DNA of 64,000 bases. It comes from Elusimicrobia bacterium GWC2_64_44 (GTDB lineage Bacteria; Elusimicrobiota; Elusimicrobia; Elusimicrobiales; UBA9959). Below are positions 59,940-64,000 of the stretch, piece by piece; within the stretch, counting starts at the first letter, position 1; every line of letters starts with the position of its first letter. The notes under the pieces were generated by a model that searched no databases, was not told where the DNA came from, and saw only the letters and a program-made list of their open reading frames with translations. The stretch spans positions 5,499 to 69,498 of the forward strand of contig MGUG01000040.1 of the NCBI GenBank assembly GCA_001799845.1, written 5' to 3'. Made by a program: the position numbers and the translations under genes.

Positions 59940-60806
59940 ATGAAAGCGGGAAAGTCATTTACCAAAGCGCTGAGCTGCGGCCTCCTGGCCGCGGCGGCGC
60001 TGGCCTGTCCCGCCCCGGCGGCCGCGCAGCGGGAGGCCGCCGTGCTGGCCAAAGGCTCGGGGCCTTATTTCGAAAGCTACCTCGCCTTCCAGAAAGCGCT
60101 GGGCCGGCCGGTGACGCCGTTCGATCTCTCAAGGGGCAAGCCGCGTCTCCCCGGGGACCTCAGGGCGGTGGCTGCTTTCGGCTCCAGGGCCGCCGACCTG
60201 AAATACCCGGAAGATGTCACCGTCGTCTACGCGCTGGCGCCGGGGTTCTTCCCCGACAAGCCGGGCCGCCTCATCCGCGTCTCTTCGCTTCCCGAGCCCG
60301 GCAAGGCGCTGGCCGCCTACAAGCAGCTGCAGCCGGGCCTCAAAAGGCTGACCGTCTTCCGCCTGAGGAATCTCTCCAAGATCTATCCGGAGAAACTTGC
60401 GGCGGCGGGCAAGGCCGCCGGGGTGGAGGTCTCGGAAGTGGCTCTTTCCTCCTCCACCGAATTCCCGGAGGCTCTGCGGGCCCTGAGCGGCAAGACCGAC
60501 GCGCTCTGGCTGTTCCCGGACCCGAACCTGATCAGCAAGACCTCGCTGGACGTGCTGGCCGAATTCGCCTGCGCCAACAAGATACCTTTCTACGCCCCGT
60601 CGGCCGGCCTGGTGGCCCTGGGGGCCACCGCGGCCTACGCGCCCGGCTTCGCCGAGACCGGGGCCGCGGCCGCCAGGGCGCTGCAGGCGGCCCTGGACGG
60701 CAGGGAACAGCCGTCCATGGTCTTCGCCGAAGCCTCGCTTACCGTCAACCGCAAAGCGGCGGCGGCCTGCGGCCTCTCCCTCGGCATGACGGGAGGCGGC
60801 CAGTGA
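59940..60806 (+). CDS. periplasmic ABC_sub_bind-like (PF04392-like) binding protein
   Basis: Signal peptide. TDALWLFPDPNLISKTSLDVLAEFACANKIPFYAPSAGLVALGATAAYAPGF resembles that family pattern as recalled. Confidence 0.55.
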   Translation: MKAGKSFTKALSCGLLAAAALACPAPAAAQREAAVLAKGSGPYFESYLAFQKALGRPVTPFDLSRGKPRLPGDLRAVAAFGSRAADLKYPEDVTVVYALAPGFFPDKPGRLIRVSSLPEPGKALAAYKQLQPGLKRLTVFRLRNLSKIYPEKLAAAGKAAGVEVSEVALSSSTEFPEALRALSGKTDALWLFPDPNLISKTSLDVLAEFACANKIPFYAPSAGLVALGATAAYAPGFAETGAAAARALQAALDGREQPSMVFAEASLTVNRKAAAACGLSLGMTGGGQ

Positions 60807-62596
60807 AAGTCCGCGCCAAACTTTTGCTTTTCCTGCTGCCGCCGCTGCTGGTCAGCGCTTTCCTGGTCAAATACCTGTCCGGCCGCGCGGTGCGCGGCGC
60901 CCTGCGCGAGCAGGCCGCCGCTTCCGCCAGGGCCGGCGTCTCCGGCGCTATCGAAAAAGACTCCGCCGCCTTCGCCTCCGGAGGAGAACCGGAACTGCTC
61001 CCGGTCCTTTACTCGCTGAAAGACGCCCTGACCGCTTCCGAGGTCTTCTTCGCCGGGCCCGACGGCGCCGTGCTAGCGCACACCGACGTGACCCGCAAAG
61101 GCGGCGCGCTCGCGGAGGAATGGCGGGAGAAGCTGCTGAGCCCCGAAGGCGGTTACGAGGCCTTCGGGGAGGGCGCGGGCTACCTGATGGTGTTCATCCC
61201 GGTACTGTCGCCTGCCCCCAAGGACCCGGAGGAGCTGGCCCTCGGCTCTTCGGGCGGGGAGCGGCTGGGCACCCTGGCCGCCGCGGTGCCGCTGGACGCG
61301 GCTTACGCCGCCGAGCGGGCCATCTCACGGCGCATCACCATCATCCTGCTGGCGGTCTACGCGGCCATACTGCTCGCGGCCTTCTTCGCCACGGGCCTCG
61401 CGCTGCGCCCGGTGCGCCTGCTCACCGAGGGGACCCAGCGCATCCGGCTGGGCGACTACGGCGGCGTTATCCCCGTCGCCTCGCAGGACGAGTTCGGCGA
61501 GCTGGCGCGCAGCTTCAACGAGATGTCGCGCACGCTCTCGGGCACCATAGTCTCCAAGAACTACCTGGACGCCGTGATCGACAACATCGTGGACATTCTG
61601 GTGGTGACCGGGCTCGACGGCAGGATCACCCGGGCCAACAAGGCCGCGCTGGCGGCCTTCGACAGGCCCGCCGGCGAGCTGCTCGGCGAGCCCGCCCAGG
61701 GCCTTTTTTCCGGCGAGGAGGGCCAAGCTGCGGCCTGGCTGCACCTGCTGGCCTCCGAAGGGCAGGTGCGCGATTACGAGACCAGGCTCAATATCCCTTC
61801 GCGCGCCCCGGCGCTGATCTCCGCCTCTTATATTCGCGACACCGACGGCACGCCCAGCGGTATCGCGGTGGTCATCCGCGATATCACGCTGCGCAAGAAA
61901 TACGAGGCCGAGCTGTCCCGGTCCAACGAGGACCTGCAGCGCTTCGCCTTCGTGGCCTCGCACGACCTGCAGGAGCCCCTGCGCACGGTGACCAATTACA
62001 TACAGCTCCTGGAAAATAAATACCGCTCCGCGCTGGGCCCCGACGCCGCCCGGAATGTGGATTTCATCACCGCCGCCGTGAAGCGCATGCGCGCCCTGGT
62101 GCGCGACCTGCTGGAATATTCCAAGCTCAACGCCGAGCTGAAGCTGGAGCAGGTGGACACCGGCGAGGCGGCGCGGTCGGTAGTGGAACTGATGCGCGAC
62201 ACGTTCGCCGCCGCCGGCGCAGAAGTGGCATTGGAGCAGCTGCCGGTCATCCGCGCTGACAGGGGACATATAGAGCGGCTGCTGCAGAACCTGCTCTCCA
62301 ACGCGGTCAAATTTGTCGACGGCCGCCCCCCCCGCGTCACGGTCGGCGCCAGGCGGACGCAGGAAGGCTGGGTGTTCAGCGTGGCCGACAACGGCGAGGG
62401 GATAGACGAGAAATACTCCGGCCAGCTGTTCAAGCTCTTCGGGCGCCTGCACGGCGCCGCAGTGCCCGGCGCGGGCATAGGCCTGGCTTCCTGCAAAAGG
62501 ATAATAGACGCCTACGGCGGCAGGATCTGGTTCGACTCCGAACCGGGCAAGGGCGCCACTTTCTTTTTTTCGATCCCGCAGCAGCCCGCCGCCTGA
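60803..62596 (+). CDS. membrane sensor histidine kinase (periplasmic domain, HAMP, PAS, HisKA, HATPase)
   Basis: GTG start overlapping the upstream stop. HAMP DEFGELARSFNEM. H box FVASHDLQEPLRTV. N/G boxes. Confidence 0.85.
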   Translation: MKVRAKLLLFLLPPLLVSAFLVKYLSGRAVRGALREQAAASARAGVSGAIEKDSAAFASGGEPELLPVLYSLKDALTASEVFFAGPDGAVLAHTDVTRKGGALAEEWREKLLSPEGGYEAFGEGAGYLMVFIPVLSPAPKDPEELALGSSGGERLGTLAAAVPLDAAYAAERAISRRITIILLAVYAAILLAAFFATGLALRPVRLLTEGTQRIRLGDYGGVIPVASQDEFGELARSFNEMSRTLSGTIVSKNYLDAVIDNIVDILVVTGLDGRITRANKAALAAFDRPAGELLGEPAQGLFSGEEGQAAAWLHLLASEGQVRDYETRLNIPSRAPALISASYIRDTDGTPSGIAVVIRDITLRKKYEAELSRSNEDLQRFAFVASHDLQEPLRTVTNYIQLLENKYRSALGPDAARNVDFITAAVKRMRALVRDLLEYSKLNAELKLEQVDTGEAARSVVELMRDTFAAAGAEVALEQLPVIRADRGHIERLLQNLLSNAVKFVDGRPPRVTVGARRTQEGWVFSVADNGEGIDEKYSGQLFKLFGRLHGAAVPGAGIGLASCKRIIDAYGGRIWFDSEPGKGATFFFSIPQQPAA

Positions 62597-62617
62597 GCGC
62601 CGCGCGCCCGCGATAGT

Positions 62618-62626
62618 TGCTATTAT
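62618..62626 (+). promoter_or_regulatory. extended -10 TGCTATTAT, 6 nt before the rsmH ATG (leaderless geometry)
   Basis: TGCTATTAT-ttaccc-ATG; no SD. Confidence 0.4.
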
Positions 62627-62632
62627 TTACCC

Positions 62633-63697
62633 ATGCCGGAAGAAGCCCCCAAGCCCCACAAGCGCCGCGTCCGCTACAGCGGCAAGCACCCGCGCAGTTT
62701 CGACCAGAAATACAAAGAGCTGGACCCCGCCAAGTACGCGGACCAGATAGCGCACATCATAGCCAAGGGCCTCACGCCCGCCGGCACGCACCGCCCCATC
62801 TGCGTGGACGAGATCCTGAAGATCCTGGACCCCAAACCAGGCGAGACCGCCTTCGACGCCACGCTGGGCTACGGCGGACACACGCGCCAACTGCTGCCGC
62901 GGCTGCTGCCCGGCGGCAGGCTGTTCGCTGTGGACGTGGATACGGTGGAAATGCCCAAAACCGAGGCGCGGCTGCGCGCCGAGGGCTTCGGCCCGGAGGC
63001 GCTCGTCATCAGGAAAATGAATTACGCGGGGATACAGGGGCTGCTGGGCGAAGCCGGCGGCGGCTTCGACTGCGTGCTGGCGGACCTCGGCGTGTCTTCC
63101 ATGCAGCTCGACAACCCGGAGCGCGGCTTCACCTTCAAGGCGGACGGCCCGCTGGACCTGCGGCTGAACCCGGAGCGGGGGCGGCCGGCTTCGGAATTCC
63201 TCAAGACCGTGCCGGCGGAGAAGCTGGCCGCGCTGCTCGCGGAGAACGCCGACGAGCCCCACGCCGCCGTCATCGCCGCCGCCATCAAGGCAAGCCCGGC
63301 GGCCATCCTGACCACGGCCCAGCTTGCCGCCGTGGTGCAGGGCGGGCTGAAAGCGGCCGGCCTGAAGCTCGGAGAGGACCTGGCCAAGAAATCCCTGCAG
63401 CGCGTCTTCATGGCCCTGCGCATAGAGGTCAACGACGAGTTCAGCGCGCTGGACCGCTTTCTGCAGGCCCTGCCCTGGTGCCTGAAGCCCGGCGGCCGCG
63501 CCGCCATCCTGACCTTCCACTCCGGCGAGGACCGCCGCGTGAAAAAAGCCTTCGCAGCCGGCGCCGACTCCGGCGTCTACTCTTCCGTCTCGCCCGGCCC
63601 GGCGCGGCCCTCCCCCGCGGAGCGGCGCTCCAACCCGCGCTCGGCCTGCGCCAAGCTGCGCTGGGCCGTGCGCTCCGCCGTACCGGCCGCCTTCTGA
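62633..63697 (+). CDS. rsmH: 16S rRNA (cytosine1402-N4)-methyltransferase with about 50-aa basic N-terminal extension
   Basis: HRPICVDEIL, DATLGYGGH, DLGVSSMQLD, ERGFTF, LTFHSGEDR. Confidence 0.85.
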   Translation: MPEEAPKPHKRRVRYSGKHPRSFDQKYKELDPAKYADQIAHIIAKGLTPAGTHRPICVDEILKILDPKPGETAFDATLGYGGHTRQLLPRLLPGGRLFAVDVDTVEMPKTEARLRAEGFGPEALVIRKMNYAGIQGLLGEAGGGFDCVLADLGVSSMQLDNPERGFTFKADGPLDLRLNPERGRPASEFLKTVPAEKLAALLAENADEPHAAVIAAAIKASPAAILTTAQLAAVVQGGLKAAGLKLGEDLAKKSLQRVFMALRIEVNDEFSALDRFLQALPWCLKPGGRAAILTFHSGEDRRVKKAFAAGADSGVYSSVSPGPARPSPAERRSNPRSACAKLRWAVRSAVPAAF

Positions 63698-63708
63698 CCT
63701 AAAAGAAA

Positions 63709-63730
63709 GACCGCCGGGCTTCCGGCGGTC
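63709..63730 (-). terminator. hairpin between convergent genes, U-tail on the minus strand
   Basis: gaccgccgg-gctt-ccggcggtc. The minus strand continues tttcttttagg. Confidence 0.5.
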
Positions 63731-63752
63731 CGTCGGCGGCGGGCGGCGGAGT

Positions 63753-64000
63753 TTATTTTATCCCGGCGGTCATCTTGTCCAGCGAGCCAGCCACGTTGGC
63801 GTAGCTGCCGTTGTAGTAGTGGCTCCAGTCCAGGCAGACCGTGTTGTTCATCTCCGACGCGGCCAGCTCGTGGAAGAACATCATGGTCGAGAAGGCCAGC
63901 AGCGGCAGGGAAGCCGCCCCTACGGCCGCCTCTGCGCCGTGCAAGGCCAGCCGCTCGAAGGCGAACTCCAGCACCTTCTCGGTGCCTATCATCCCGCCTT
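63753..64000 (-). CDS. hypothetical protein, C-terminal part (5' end beyond window)
   Basis: The frame stays open to the window edge upstream of the listed Met; no family recognised. Confidence 0.4.
   Translation of the reverse strand, partial: GGMIGTEKVLEFAFERLALHGAEAAVGAASLPLLAFSTMMFFHELAASEMNNTVCLDWSHYYNGSYANVAGSLDKMTAGIK

Noticed and set aside
62226-62241. TGGCATTGGAGCAGCT with correct GG-N10-GC spacing.
   Set aside because: It lies deep inside the histidine kinase coding region, about 400 nt from the next start codon. It lacks the A-tract and TGCTC shared by the three exact copies, so it is probably chance.
62617-63702. ORF 62617..63702(+), 361 aa, frame-shifted relative to rsmH.
   Set aside because: It is an Arg/Pro/Gly-rich alternative frame. 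The 62633 frame carries all the RsmH motifs.

Overview
High-G+C bacterial chromosomal segment, about two-thirds G+C judged by eye. It is densely coding, with roughly 58 CDS. I saw no rRNA, tRNA, CRISPR array, IS element or phage module. Small-motif coordinates were indexed by hand and may be off by 1-2 nt; one hand count near 57360 disagreed with the ORF track by 1 nt, and I kept the track value there.

Housekeeping and recognisable genes:
- recA, a lexA-like repressor, a XerC/D-family recombinase, rpmB, rsmH, glgB and pbpC.
- An M16 peptidase pair and M20, S8 and S1 peptidases.
- A polyamine island (hss, ornithine decarboxylase, pdaD, speB).
- Several two-component systems.

Observations most worth following up:
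1. A compact sigma-54 module. A short rpoN-like gene lies divergent from an NtrC-type enhancer-binding protein. An exact 17-mer, TGGCATAAAAAATGCTC, with correct -24/-12 spacing occurs three times upstream of secreted-protein genes. A variant sits upstream of the rpoN-like gene itself. An unlisted 59-codon ORF coupled to the bEBP has an H-box-like motif.
2. Two tandem ORFs of 1054 and 969 aa that are essentially proline-free and E/A/R/K/L/Q-rich, predicted to be all coiled coil.
3. An island at 26.9-35.7 kb. It contains a tandemly duplicated pair of UbiU/UbiV-like U32 genes, a B12-type radical SAM gene and a radical SAM gene whose SPASM-like Cys cluster is N-terminal. It also carries a Flp-like peptide gene preceded by an ECF-type promoter, immediately downstream of an ECF sigma/anti-sigma pair.
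4. A low-G+C two-gene insert bounded by CAACAA-rich inverted repeats.
5. A recurrent -10 box followed by 6-8 nt and then ATG, with no Shine-Dalgarno, implying leaderless mRNAs.

Functional calls come from motif recognition in the translated ORFs. No database search was run.
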